25,605 bases of DNA from the sequence record SRR31156797_3177, one strand, 5' to 3'. The translations under genes were made by a program, and so were the position numbers. Positions within the stretch are counted from its first letter, which is position 1, and each line of letters opens with the position of its first letter. Below the pieces are notes generated by a model. It was not told the origin of the DNA. It worked only from the letters and a program-made list of their open reading frames with translations, and did not search any database. Shown piece by piece: positions 1 through 11,304 of the stretch.

Positions 1-48
1 TTGACAATCTCCTCCCCCATTTTTTGAAAGAACAGGTTTAACACCACC

Positions 49-2718
49 ATGACCACCAACGTAAAAATCACCCCAATGCTCCGGCAATACCTGGAAATAA
101 AAGAAGCATACGATGACGCCATCCTTTTTTACAGAATGGGTGATTTTTATGAAATGTTTTTTGAGGATGCAGTCACAGCTTCTAAGGTTCTTGGTATTAC
201 CCTTACATCCAGAAGCCACAAAGATGAAGCTAATAAAGTTCCGATGTGCGGCATTCCTTTCCATGCACTGACAGGCTACCTCGGCAAAATGATAAAATCC
301 GGACATCGGGTTGCTATCTGCGAACAGGTCGAAGATCCGAAACACGCTAAGGGGATTGTTAAGAGGGAGGTGGTCCGTGTAGTCTCCCCTGGAGTCACCA
401 CAGATGAACAAATTCTTGATGAAAAAACAAATTGTTACGTCTGCGCCTTAACCACCCCTAAAAAAACCGGGACCAAGCAAATCGTTGGCTTGAGTTTTAT
501 CGATGCGTCCACAGGTGAATTTCTTGTAACAGAGCTTCCCTTTAACATCGATGATGCAACTGAACTCATCGACATAATGACCCGCATTAAACCGGCTGAA
601 CTGATCTTTAATGAAAAAGACTGCGAACCCCAACATGCCCTTGCCAAGGTGATCACGGAAGCCCTCGGCGACATCTGCATTACCATGCGCCCAGACTTCC
701 ACTTTGCACTGGATACAGCCCAAACAACACTGCTTGAACATTTCCACACCAGCAACCTTGCTGGTTTCGGGTGTGATAATCTCCCCACTGGTATCTGCGC
801 AGCAGGTGCTCTCCTTAACTATATTCAAGACACCCAAAAATCTGCACTAAATCATATTCAGCAAATCAAACCACTCAACCAATCTGGTTTTCTGACCATT
901 GATGATTCCTCCCGTCGCAACCTGGAACTGACTGAAACCATTGTCGGCGGGAAACGTGAAGGTTCCCTGCTTGCAGTCCTGGACTTTACCGCCACACCAA
1001 TGGGAGCAAGACTTCTGAGAAAACGTCTTCTTTTCCCACTGCAAGATCGATCCTCTATTGAAAAACGGCTCACAGCAGTAGAGGAACTTATTGAATCCCC
1101 GGTTTTAAGAAAAGATTTGCAAGCCTCTCTTTCATCAATCTATGACCTTGAACGTCTATGCAGTAGACTTGTCCTTGCCCAGGGCAATGCCAGAGACATG
1201 AGTGCATTAAAAATATCACTTGCTCAATTGCCGCTGCTGCGACAATCGATCAAAAGCTGTTCATCCCTTCTCTTCAACACTATACATAATCAACTGGATG
1301 AACTTGCAGAGCTGCATACTCTCATTGACAGCAGCATTCGTGATGACGCCCCTGTGAGTCTTCGTGAAGGCCGACTTATCAAAGAAGGCTACAATGCCAA
1401 ACTCGATGAGCTTCTTCTTCTTCTTCGGGATGATAAACAACTGATCCTCAAACTTGAAGCAAAAGAAAAAGAAAAAACCGGTATTTCGAAGCTAAAAGTA
1501 GGGTATAATAAGGTGTTCGGTTATTTTTTTGAAATAACCCGCAGTCAGGCGGGTGCAGTGCCGGAAAACTTTATCCGTAAACAAACTCTCGTTAACGCAG
1601 AGCGATTCATTACTCCTGAACTCAAAGAGCTTGAAAACTCCATTGCCACAGCCCAAGAAAAACGACTTGATCTGGAATATAAGCTTTTTTTGAATATTAG
1701 GGAATCTATTGCAGACCAAAGTAAGAGAATTCTCGATACTGCATATCAAGTAGCCAGAATAGACTTTCTGCTCAGCCTTTCTGCTGCAGCAGTAAAATAT
1801 CGTTACCGGAAGCCATCGATAAACGATGACCAACAAATTCACATTGAAGAGGGCCGGCACCCTGTTATAGAAAGGGCGCTCGAAGCAGGTCGTTTTGTAC
1901 CCAATGATGTTGAGCTTGACCAGCAACAACAACTCATTATCATTACCGGTCCCAATATGGCCGGAAAATCAACTGTCCTCAGGCAAACTGCCCTCATAAC
2001 TCTCATGACCCATGCAGGCAGTTTCGTCCCTGCGCGTTCAGCAAGCATTTGTATTGTCGACAGAATTTTCACCAGAGTTGGCGCCATGGATGACTTGCGA
2101 CGTGGACAGTCGACCTTTATGGTTGAAATGAACGAAACAGCTAACATCCTCAACAATGCAACCAGAAACAGCTTGGTTATCCTTGACGAAATAGGTAGAG
2201 GAACATCCACTTATGATGGTCTTGCCATTGCATGGGCCGTAACTGAGGCACTTGTCAATAAAGATAATATCGGTATAAAGACACTTTTCGCAACCCACTA
2301 TCACGAATTGACTGAGCTTGCGGCTTCTCACCAACGTGTACAAAATTACTCCATTGCTGTCAGGGAATGGAATGACACCATTATTTTTCTCCATAAACTC
2401 GTAAAAGGTGCAACTAACAGGAGCTACGGCATTCAGGTGGCATCGCTTGCGGGTGTCCCTGAAGACGTAACAAAACGCGCCTACGATATACTTGCAGAAA
2501 TAGAACGCGGACAAGTACACCATCAGGGCGCTGTCACTATTGCTCAGGGTCAGCACGCAATTCAAGAAAAGAAAAAACCGGCTCAACTCCCACTTTTTCC
2601 TCAGGATGATGGCCCCTTACTTAAATTACTAAAAAAGGCTAACCCTGATACCCTTACCCCAAGACAGGCCCACAATTTACTCTATGAAATAAAAGAACTC
2701 CTTCTCGATGTCCCATAA
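49..2718 (+). CDS. mutS: DNA mismatch repair protein MutS (MutS1)
   Basis: 889 aa ORF. It has TPMLRQY and the mismatch-binding motif FYRMGDFYEMF, Walker A TGPNMAGKST, STFMVEM, Walker B DEIGRGT, FATHY, SYGIQVA, and a C-terminal beta-clamp-type motif QLPLF. Confidence 0.98.
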   Translation: MTTNVKITPMLRQYLEIKEAYDDAILFYRMGDFYEMFFEDAVTASKVLGITLTSRSHKDEANKVPMCGIPFHALTGYLGKMIKSGHRVAICEQVEDPKHAKGIVKREVVRVVSPGVTTDEQILDEKTNCYVCALTTPKKTGTKQIVGLSFIDASTGEFLVTELPFNIDDATELIDIMTRIKPAELIFNEKDCEPQHALAKVITEALGDICITMRPDFHFALDTAQTTLLEHFHTSNLAGFGCDNLPTGICAAGALLNYIQDTQKSALNHIQQIKPLNQSGFLTIDDSSRRNLELTETIVGGKREGSLLAVLDFTATPMGARLLRKRLLFPLQDRSSIEKRLTAVEELIESPVLRKDLQASLSSIYDLERLCSRLVLAQGNARDMSALKISLAQLPLLRQSIKSCSSLLFNTIHNQLDELAELHTLIDSSIRDDAPVSLREGRLIKEGYNAKLDELLLLLRDDKQLILKLEAKEKEKTGISKLKVGYNKVFGYFFEITRSQAGAVPENFIRKQTLVNAERFITPELKELENSIATAQEKRLDLEYKLFLNIRESIADQSKRILDTAYQVARIDFLLSLSAAAVKYRYRKPSINDDQQIHIEEGRHPVIERALEAGRFVPNDVELDQQQQLIIITGPNMAGKSTVLRQTALITLMTHAGSFVPARSASICIVDRIFTRVGAMDDLRRGQSTFMVEMNETANILNNATRNSLVILDEIGRGTSTYDGLAIAWAVTEALVNKDNIGIKTLFATHYHELTELAASHQRVQNYSIAVREWNDTIIFLHKLVKGATNRSYGIQVASLAGVPEDVTKRAYDILAEIERGQVHHQGAVTIAQGQHAIQEKKKPAQLPLFPQDDGPLLKLLKKANPDTLTPRQAHNLLYEIKELLLDVP

Positions 2719-2802
2719 GGCGTCTTTACATCGAAATAAACATATTTAAAAACAAGACGAGAGCAGTCAGCGGAGGGAGCAGCCAAAAAAAGTACAAATT
2801 CT

Positions 2803-2831
2803 TTTACTGCGCTGCTCAAATACGGTATATT
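2803..2831 (+). promoter_or_regulatory. Putative sigma70 promoter for the amidase gene, overlapped by an inverted repeat
   Basis: TTTACT (2803-2808), a 17 nt spacer and TATATT (2826-2831) in the mutS-amidase intergenic region. The -10 box lies inside the inverted repeat TACGGTA-tatt-TACCGTA (2821-2838). Confidence 0.4.
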
Positions 2832-2981
2832 TACCGTAGATTTAATATTGGTCACTATAGCTGCGTCTTAATATACTAAGCGGTGCCCGTATTCATCAAA
2901 TATCGTTTTTCCTTATGGTGACAGAAAATTATTTGGTGAAGAGTCAAGATTATTTCATTTCCAAAGTAGAACATATCTAAG

Positions 2982-4853
2982 ATGATCACAAGGCACTCCA
3001 CAGTCCTCAACCTATTTCGCCATACGCATATTCTTATTTTTACTGTAACTGCCGCCATGGCAGTGTTGTTTTTTAATAGTGCCTCTATTTACGGGAAGGA
3101 ACTCACCGAGAGCGTTAATGGGAGGTACAATTTTATTGAAAAAGACTACAAAACTGCAAAAGATTTTTACTACCAACTTGAAAGAGACCAGGAGTTAGGC
3201 CTGCACAGAAAAAACTGGCTCAAAGGCGTCCGTAAATTCAGGAAACTTTATCTCGAACAAACAAAAGGACCACTGGCCCCGTCTGCTCTCTACATGATGG
3301 GAAAAATGCAACACAAAATGTACCAGCGTTTTCACCTGTCCATAGATCTCGAAGATTCCATAGGTTATTTCAATGATGTGGTCACCATTTTCCCTGAAAA
3401 TTCACTTGCAGATGATGCCTTATTTAACACGGCTGAGATATATCTAACCTACAAAAAAGATCAAAAATTGGCAGCGGATCAGTATCTTAAATTAATACAG
3501 CAATTCCCCAAAGGCGATCGATATTCTCTAGCATTGAACCGACTCGATAAGCTACAAAAAAAAGGGATAGTCAAACTCCCTGCCCACCTTGAACACAAAC
3601 AAAAAGACCATAAACTGATCAATGTACTCCCTGTAAAATACTGGTCATCTGACGACTATACTAGAATCGTTGTCCGGGCTTCATCACCCGTCCATTACTC
3701 TTCAGAACTACTAGAAGAAACAACAGGGCAACCCAGAAGACTCTACATTGATTTTAAACCCAGCTATATTCCTCCAAAATATCGTGCGCCAGTGCCCATT
3801 GAGGATGGATTACTCAAACAAATCAGGACTGGTCAATTCACTGACTCCACGGTAAGGGTTGTTCTCGATATAGAATCGATTTCAGACTATAAAATTTTTA
3901 GTCTCAATGATCCCTTTAGAGTCGTTATTGACGTGCATGGCAATAAGACAAAAAAACAATCAGCCGAGAAGGTAGTAACTGCGCACAAACAAAAGTCTGT
4001 TCCGATAGTGCCTGCTTTTAAAAGAAGTGAACGAAGGGCGCCAAAAAATGAAAGCATCCATCCTTTTATTAGCCTTCAGGATCACAAAAAAAGGAAACCT
4101 GCTGATAAGGCAAAATCTATATCTTCATCCTTCCCAGCAAAGTACTCTCTCGCACAGCAGCTTGGGCTAGGGGTACGCAAGATAGTCATTGATCCTGGTC
4201 ATGGCGGCAAAGATCCCGGAGCAATTGCCCATGGTTTAAAGGAAAAGGATATCGTGTTAGCAATTTCAAAGAAACTTGCACAGGTGCTCGAATCTACCTA
4301 CGGTTACGATGTATCACTCACTCGCACCAGTGATGTCTTTATTCCGCTCGAAGAGCGAACTGCCATTGCCAACACTCTGAAAGCTGACCTCTTTATATCC
4401 ATACATGTCAATGCTCACAAAGATATGAGCATCAGTGGTATAGAAACCTATTTCCTCAACCTCGCAACCAATGCGGAAGCAATGCGGGTGGCAGCTCTTG
4501 AAAATGCTACTTCAACGCATAATATAGGTGAGATGCAAGATATACTGTCAAGTCTAATGCAAAATTCGAAAATCAATGAATCTTCAAGGCTTGCTGAATA
4601 TGTGCATGCCAACTTAATTTCAGGCCTTAGCTCCAATTATCCTACTCGTGATCTCGGAGTAAAACAGGCGCCTTTCTATGTCCTTATCGGTGCGGAAATG
4701 CCCGCAGTACTAGCAGAAATCGCCTTTTTGTCAAATCCAAATGAAGCAAGGCTTCTCAACAGCACCAATTATCAAAATAAGGTAGCTCAACAAATAGCAG
4801 CAGGTGTTGTCTCCTATATAGATCATCACACTACAGCTGCTCTTCAACTGTAA
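2982..4853 (+). CDS. N-acetylmuramoyl-L-alanine amidase (AmiC-like) with N-terminal TPR region and AMIN domain
   Basis: N-terminal hydrophobic segment, TPR-like helices (SALYMMG, LADDALF), AMIN-like segments (PRRLYIDF, VRVVLD, PFRVVIDV) and Amidase_3 motifs IDPGHGGKDPGA, EKD, LEERTAIAN, SIHVNA, LAEIAFLSN. The exact start codon is uncertain. Confidence 0.92.
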   Translation: MITRHSTVLNLFRHTHILIFTVTAAMAVLFFNSASIYGKELTESVNGRYNFIEKDYKTAKDFYYQLERDQELGLHRKNWLKGVRKFRKLYLEQTKGPLAPSALYMMGKMQHKMYQRFHLSIDLEDSIGYFNDVVTIFPENSLADDALFNTAEIYLTYKKDQKLAADQYLKLIQQFPKGDRYSLALNRLDKLQKKGIVKLPAHLEHKQKDHKLINVLPVKYWSSDDYTRIVVRASSPVHYSSELLEETTGQPRRLYIDFKPSYIPPKYRAPVPIEDGLLKQIRTGQFTDSTVRVVLDIESISDYKIFSLNDPFRVVIDVHGNKTKKQSAEKVVTAHKQKSVPIVPAFKRSERRAPKNESIHPFISLQDHKKRKPADKAKSISSSFPAKYSLAQQLGLGVRKIVIDPGHGGKDPGAIAHGLKEKDIVLAISKKLAQVLESTYGYDVSLTRTSDVFIPLEERTAIANTLKADLFISIHVNAHKDMSISGIETYFLNLATNAEAMRVAALENATSTHNIGEMQDILSSLMQNSKINESSRLAEYVHANLISGLSSNYPTRDLGVKQAPFYVLIGAEMPAVLAEIAFLSNPNEARLLNSTNYQNKVAQQIAAGVVSYIDHHTTAALQL

Positions 4854-4953
4854 TAGTCCTTACAGATAAATCACATACCGTGACACTTTAAATGGTGTTC
4901 GTACTCCTTACAAAATGATTTTCATGAACTTGGACTGATCTCTAAGTAACTTG

Positions 4954-4989
4954 AAAAAAAAAGGGGCTGCCTGAACAGGCAGCCCCTTT
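4954..4989 (-). terminator. Intrinsic terminator of the atp operon, possibly bidirectional
   Basis: Perfect inverted repeat AAAGGGGCTGCCTG-aa-CAGGCAGCCCCTTT (4960-4989) with an A9 run at 4954-4962 that is a U-tract on the minus strand. It lies 25 nt downstream of the atpC stop, between convergent genes. Confidence 0.92.
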
Positions 4990-5014
4990 GGGTGGAACAA
5001 TTTCAAAACAGAAT

Positions 5015-5431
5015 TTAGCTTCGTGCCATTTCTGCCGCTTTTAATCTGGCCATAGCCCTCTGTAAAGCAGCTTCTGCACGAACTCGGTTTATCGTCTCAG
5101 CAGCTTGCTGAGCTTGGGCGAGACGCTTTTCTGCCCTTTCCTTTGCGAGCATTGCCCGGCTTACATCGATATCTTTACCGAACTCAGCGCTTTCAACAAG
5201 AAAGGTGATTTTATTATTTGAAACTTCAGAAAAACCGCCACTGACCATGAGGTACTTTACCTGCTTATCCTTTTTAAAACTCAGAGTACCGGTTTTGATG
5301 GTACTCAGAAAAGGAGCATGGTTGGCCAGGACGCCAAACTCACCACCTACACCTGGGGCAGTAACGATGTCAACATCGTCACTGATCACAGGCCCGGTTG
5401 GTGTTACTACTTCAAGATGAATCTGTGCCAT
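5015..5431 (-). CDS. atpC: F1Fo ATP synthase epsilon subunit
   Basis: 138 aa with [22 protein letters not shown] and a C-terminal helical hairpin. Last gene of the atp operon. Confidence 0.97.
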   Translation of the reverse strand: MAQIHLEVVTPTGPVISDDVDIVTAPGVGGEFGVLANHAPFLSTIKTGTLSFKKDKQVKYLMVSGGFSEVSNNKITFLVESAEFGKDIDVSRAMLAKERAEKRLAQAQQAAETINRVRAEAALQRAMARLKAAEMARS

Positions 5432-5461
5432 AAGAGTGTCCTCTGTTCAGCTCGCAAAGCT

Positions 5462-6928
<1,467 letters not shown>

Positions 6929-7810
6929 TTAGCCTTTAAGTGCCGCAGCACCACCGACAATATCCATTAACTCACCGGTAACAGCAGCTTGGCGAGCTTT
7001 ATTGTACAATTGTGTAAGTTCATCGATCATATCCTTACATGCATTGGTAGCATTATCCATGGCCGTCATCCTGGCGGCATGTTCACTCGCTCCAACTTCA
7101 AGCATTGCATGATATACCTGAACATTCAAATATAGCGGAAGCAGTACTTCCATAATTTCATTTGGATCAGGTTCATAGATATATGATCCGGTTGCGCCGC
7201 TCTGTTCTTGAACAGACTCTCCCTCACCTTCTATAGGCTTAATTGGAAGCAGTTCCTCTACTTCAGGTTTCTGCACTGCAACAGAGTGAAACTTTCCGTA
7301 TATTATATCAACCTGGTCACTCTCTCCGTTAAGAAATGTCTCAGTGATATCTTGGGAAATTTCACGCGCATTGAAAATCTGGAAAGTACCCATGATATCA
7401 TCGTAGGATTTTCTTAACTTCCCTGATTTCTTAAAAGCCTGTGTTCCTTTCTTGCCGACGCTAACAATGCTTACGCTCTTGCCTTCGCTCTCGTACTGCT
7501 TAACAAGCTTTTCAACGGTTTTGATAATATTGCTGTTAAAACTACCGCAAAGACCACGATCAGACGTAACAATGACGATCTCTACAGTTTTAACATCCCG
7601 TATTTCCATGAGTGGGAGGTTTGCATCTTCCATACCCGCTGAGAGTTCACCCATTGTTCCTGCGAACTTCTCGGCATAAGGTCTGAAAGACTCCATCTTG
7701 TCCTGTGCACCTCTCAACTTTGCAGAAGCAACCATGTTCATGGCCTTGGTGATCTGCGCAGTTTTCTTTACACCGGAAATTTTGTCTTTGACATCCTTTA
7801 ATCCAGGCAT
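6929..7810 (-). CDS. atpG: F1Fo ATP synthase gamma subunit
   Basis: QITKAMNMVASAKL, SDRGLCGSFN, EHAARMTAM, YNKARQAAVT. Confidence 0.98.
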   Translation of the reverse strand: MPGLKDVKDKISGVKKTAQITKAMNMVASAKLRGAQDKMESFRPYAEKFAGTMGELSAGMEDANLPLMEIRDVKTVEIVIVTSDRGLCGSFNSNIIKTVEKLVKQYESEGKSVSIVSVGKKGTQAFKKSGKLRKSYDDIMGTFQIFNAREISQDITETFLNGESDQVDIIYGKFHSVAVQKPEVEELLPIKPIEGEGESVQEQSGATGSYIYEPDPNEIMEVLLPLYLNVQVYHAMLEVGASEHAARMTAMDNATNACKDMIDELTQLYNKARQAAVTGELMDIVGGAAALKG

Positions 7811-7828
7811 AAGACTCTGTCCTTATGA

Positions 7829-9352
7829 TTAATTCAGGCCCTTTGTGGCCTTAAAGGTCTCGCCAAAGGACGTCAGTGTTTTCTTCATTTTCTCTTCAAG
7901 CTCACTTGAGATTTCTTCTTTATCTTTAAGCTCTTGAAAAATTGAAGGTTCATTAGCTTCAATGTAGCCATACATTTCTTGTTCATAGTCACCCAGTGTA
8001 TCTACTGGGAATGCATCAAGAAAGCCCTTTGTACCAGCAAAAATAATGGTAACTTGCTTTTCCATTGAAAGCGGCTGATACTGTGGCTGCTTAAGAATTT
8101 CAACCAGACGTTCACCACGAGTCAGCTGTGCCTGCGTTGCGGCATCAAGATCTGAACCGAAGCCAGCAAAAGCTGCAAGCTCACGATACTGGGCGAGGTC
8201 AAGTCGCAAAGTTCCAGCGACCTGCTTCATTGCTTTTACCTGTGCTGAACCACCAACACGTGATACTGACAAACCAACATTAATTGCAGGACGGACACCA
8301 GCAAAAAACAGGCTAGGCTCAAGGTAAACCTGACCATCAGTAATCGAAATAACGTTAGTAGGAATAAAAGCGGAAACGTCACCAGCCTGTGTTTCAATGA
8401 TAGGCAGAGCAGTCAAGGAACCTGCACCGAGTTCATCGCTCACCTTAGCAGCACGCTCAAGCAATCTGGAGTGGTTAAAGAAAATATCTCCAGGAAAAGC
8501 CTCACGTCCTGGAGGACGACGAAGCAGCAATGACAGTTCACGATAGGATACAGCCTGTTTGGAAAGATCATCATAAATGATCAATGCGTGTTGGCCGTTG
8601 TCACGAAAGTACTCGCCCATTGCACAGCCTGCAAACGCTGATACGTACTGCATTGGTGCCGGATCGGAGGCACAAGCAGCTACAACAGTGGTATATTCCA
8701 TAGCACCGTGTTTACGAAGAGCTTCAACAACCAATGCTACCGTTGATTTCTTCTGACCGATGGCGACATAAATACAATGTACATCGGTTTCTTTCTGAGC
8801 GATAATAGCGTCGACACAGAGTGCGGTTTTACCAATTTGACGGTCACCAATAACAAGCTCACGCTGTCCTTTACCAACTGGTGTCATAGCATCAACGGCC
8901 TTTGCACCAGTATAACAAGGCTCATGCACACCCTTTCGAGCGATAACACCAGGAGCGAGCACTTCCATTTTACTGTAGTTTTTGGCATCGATAGGTCCTT
9001 TGCCATCGATGGGCTGACCGATACCATCAACAACACGACCTTCCATTTCAGGTCCAACAGGAACCTCAGCAATACGTCCGGTTCGTTTAACGATATCGCC
9101 TTCTTTAATTTCACGAACATCACCAAGAACAGCACAACCAACGTTGTCTTCTTCAAGGTTCAGGGCAAGTCCGAAAATGTTACCCGGAAATTCGAGCAGC
9201 TCCATGGCCTGACAATTCTCTACGCCATAGACACGTGCAATACCGTCACCCACCGAAAGTACTGTTCCGGTTTCCTTCAGGTCGACATCACTCTCGTAGC
9301 CAGCGATTTGATCCTTAATAATCTGGCTGATTTCTTCGGCTTTGATCTGCAT
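7829..9352 (-). CDS. atpA: F1Fo ATP synthase alpha subunit
   Basis: [66 protein letters not shown]. Confidence 0.98.
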   Translation of the reverse strand: MQIKAEEISQIIKDQIAGYESDVDLKETGTVLSVGDGIARVYGVENCQAMELLEFPGNIFGLALNLEEDNVGCAVLGDVREIKEGDIVKRTGRIAEVPVGPEMEGRVVDGIGQPIDGKGPIDAKNYSKMEVLAPGVIARKGVHEPCYTGAKAVDAMTPVGKGQRELVIGDRQIGKTALCVDAIIAQKETDVHCIYVAIGQKKSTVALVVEALRKHGAMEYTTVVAACASDPAPMQYVSAFAGCAMGEYFRDNGQHALIIYDDLSKQAVSYRELSLLLRRPPGREAFPGDIFFNHSRLLERAAKVSDELGAGSLTALPIIETQAGDVSAFIPTNVISITDGQVYLEPSLFFAGVRPAINVGLSVSRVGGSAQVKAMKQVAGTLRLDLAQYRELAAFAGFGSDLDAATQAQLTRGERLVEILKQPQYQPLSMEKQVTIIFAGTKGFLDAFPVDTLGDYEQEMYGYIEANEPSIFQELKDKEEISSELEEKMKKTLTSFGETFKATKGLN

Positions 9353-9356
9353 TTGA

Positions 9357-9905
9357 CTAATCTCTCCCCTTGATAGATTCTTTTAATCCATTAAGTTGTG
9401 TCTTTATACTTCCGTCCAGTACCAAATCACCAACCTTTGCGATGATGCCACCGATTATCGTCGGATCGACCTCGGTCTGAAGTATAACCTTATTACCTGT
9501 AATTTTTTCTAAAGTAGCCTGGATACTTTTTTGCAGTTTGCTATCCAGTTCTACGGCAGAGACGACAGAACCATGACTGATGTTCTGATCCATGTCCACC
9601 ATGACTTGTATTTCGCTAGCTATATCAGGCAAGATGTCCGCTCTCTTTTTCTCAATCAACAAGTTAAGAAAACTAGACATTGTTGCATCTGCCTTTGCAT
9701 TTTTGGCAATTTGTGCCATCACTTTTTGCCGTGCATCAAGAGGATACAAAGGATTTGTCAACGCATCCCTGACACCAACGGCACTGTCATCGTACAATGC
9801 TGCGATAGCAGCTAGCAGCTCACTGTATTCTTCATTTTTCCCCTGCTCTTTACCCAAAGAAAAAAGCGCCTTTGCATAACGGCGTGCTAGAATTGTATTT
9901 CTCAC
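9357..9905 (-). CDS. atpH: F1Fo ATP synthase delta subunit
   Basis: [22 protein letters not shown]. The GTG start overlaps the atpF TGA stop (GTGA). Confidence 0.96.
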   Translation of the reverse strand: MRNTILARRYAKALFSLGKEQGKNEEYSELLAAIAALYDDSAVGVRDALTNPLYPLDARQKVMAQIAKNAKADATMSSFLNLLIEKKRADILPDIASEIQVMVDMDQNISHGSVVSAVELDSKLQKSIQATLEKITGNKVILQTEVDPTIIGGIIAKVGDLVLDGSIKTQLNGLKESIKGRD

Positions 9906-10648
9906 TGTACCGTACCCACTCTTTCAAGGAACTGTTCTGTTATCGTCACCTGATCTGCTGGAGTGAGATTGGAAACGATTAACTCCTCAGCCATTGCAGC
10001 TGCCTGCTCTGCAACCTCGTCACGTAACATCCGCTTTGCATCCTCCAGTTCACCTTGAATGGAAGATTCAGCCTGACGTTTAATATCTTCAGCTGCCTGT
10101 TCAGCCTCAGCGAGAATACGTTTCTTTTCATTCTCAGCTTGGGCAATTGCTTTCTCTACGACACGGTCCATTTCTTCTTCCATGCCAGCAAGCCGTGTCT
10201 CAAACTCCTTAAATTCAGCCTGAGCATCATCGCGTTTTGCCTCAAGTTCCTGCAGCTCTTCTTTTATTTGTTTTTGGCGACCAGAGAGCCCTGTAGCAAT
10301 TGGTTTGGCTAGGAACTTAACGAGCAAAATTACCAAGGCGATAAAGTTAACTGTTCTCCAAAAAAGGTCTTTCAGCTTTGCTGGAGCAAGCGATCCGCCA
10401 TGTACTTCTCCATGTTCACCTGCTGCATCAGGGGCGGCAGCGTGAGCGTCATCCTGGCGTGTAACTGCTCCTGCTGTTGCATGGCCTGCGGCTTCACCAT
10501 GGGATTCCACTGCAGCAGCTTCAGCATGAACAGCAGTTTTTCCACTCTCGTCGTGGCTTGGTGCTGAAGCCATGACAATCGATGCCGCGCCTGAAAACAG
10601 CAACAGCAACAGAGTAGGTACAATAATTCCGACAATACGAGATTTCAT
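9902..10648 (-). CDS. atpF: Fo subunit b with a long N-terminal extension
   Basis: Membrane anchor WRTVNFIALVILLVKFLAKPI at about residue 97, followed by an E/K/A-rich coiled coil. About 90 extra N-terminal residues. Located directly upstream of atpH. Confidence 0.93.
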   Translation of the reverse strand: MKSRIVGIIVPTLLLLLFSGAASIVMASAPSHDESGKTAVHAEAAAVESHGEAAGHATAGAVTRQDDAHAAAPDAAGEHGEVHGGSLAPAKLKDLFWRTVNFIALVILLVKFLAKPIATGLSGRQKQIKEELQELEAKRDDAQAEFKEFETRLAGMEEEMDRVVEKAIAQAENEKKRILAEAEQAAEDIKRQAESSIQGELEDAKRMLRDEVAEQAAAMAEELIVSNLTPADQVTITEQFLERVGTVQ

Positions 10649-11076
10649 GCTTCCAAGCTCCTCCCAAGTATCTTTCCGGCCATATCTCTAGCAAACCCTT
10701 CTGTTTTTGCCTGCAGGTCTCCTCTAGCAGCTTCAACCTGAGAGCGTATTTCCGCCATTTGTTTCTCTTTTTCGCCGTCTGATTCCTGACGAATAGCGGC
10801 GAGTTTTTCTGCTCCTGCAGCCTGCGCGCTTGCTCGAGCCGCATCCAGTGCCTTTTTGGCCTTGCCGCTGCCCTCACGCATTTTTTTGTCCAAATCAAGC
10901 TGTCGACTCCTTGCCCTTTGTTCCAACTGGGCAACCTCATCGTGCATGGAATCTACCTTTTGCTTCCTTTTTTCAAGGATCCCCAGCACCGGCTTGTACA
11001 AAATTGCATTGAGCACCAGCATCAACACAATCATGTTGATGATATGTATTACCATAGTAATATCAATTGAAATCAT
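10645..11076 (-). CDS. atpF: Fo subunit b' (second peripheral-stalk b-type subunit)
   Basis: 143 aa with an N-terminal TM segment (IINMIVLMLVLNAILYKPV) and a coiled coil. ATGA overlap with the next gene, and a GAGGAG SD upstream. Confidence 0.92.
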   Translation of the reverse strand: MISIDITMVIHIINMIVLMLVLNAILYKPVLGILEKRKQKVDSMHDEVAQLEQRARSRQLDLDKKMREGSGKAKKALDAARASAQAAGAEKLAAIRQESDGEKEKQMAEIRSQVEAARGDLQAKTEGFARDMAGKILGRSLEA

Positions 11077-11151
11077 ACCAACTACTCCTCATCTCAAGAA
11101 GAAAACAGGCCATAACTCAGAAAGTGAATGGCGGCTCATATTACGACAGGA

Positions 11152-11180
11152 TTTCTACTTAAAAATCCTCTCACTGTCAA
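11152..11180 (-). promoter_or_regulatory. Putative sigma70 promoter of the atp operon
   Basis: Minus strand TTGACA (11180-11175), 17 nt spacer, TAGAAA (11157-11152), about 75 nt upstream of the atpF' start. The -35 is perfect and the -10 is imperfect. An inverted repeat AGGATTT-N8-AAATCCT (11148-11169) overlaps it. Confidence 0.5.
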
Positions 11181-11261
11181 TTCATTTTAAATAAAACTTA
11201 TATGTTTTTTCAGTTCTGCTTACCACTGGGCAACAAACACGGAATACAGATGACTTCAGAG

Positions 11262-11304
11262 GGGTAATATTACCCGGAAACAGACCGCAATGGGTAATTA
11301 TTAC
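11262..11304. repeat. Perfect 14-bp palindrome with an imperfect tandem copy (candidate operator sites)
   Basis: GGGTAATATTACCC (11262-11275) and GGGTAATTATTAC (11292-11304), with starts 30 bp apart. Confidence 0.5.

Noticed and set aside
1-29. TTGACA at 1-6 as the -35 box of a mutS promoter
   Set aside because: No convincing -10 at 16-18 nt spacing (TTGAAA). The adjacent CTCCTCC may instead be the SD of a divergent gene starting just outside the window, which cannot be verified here.
435-2586. Minus-strand ORFs of 65-182 aa inside mutS
   Set aside because: Antisense shadows of a well-supported gene, with no recognisable motifs.
2721-2817. Short inverted repeats after mutS (CGTCTT/AAGACG, GAGCAGC/GCTGCTC) as a terminator or ncRNA
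   Set aside because: The stems are short with long loops, there is no U-tract, and they resemble no RNA family I recognise.
2876-3058. 60 aa minus-strand ORF
   Set aside because: It overlaps the amidase start on the opposite strand in AT-rich sequence and has no motifs.
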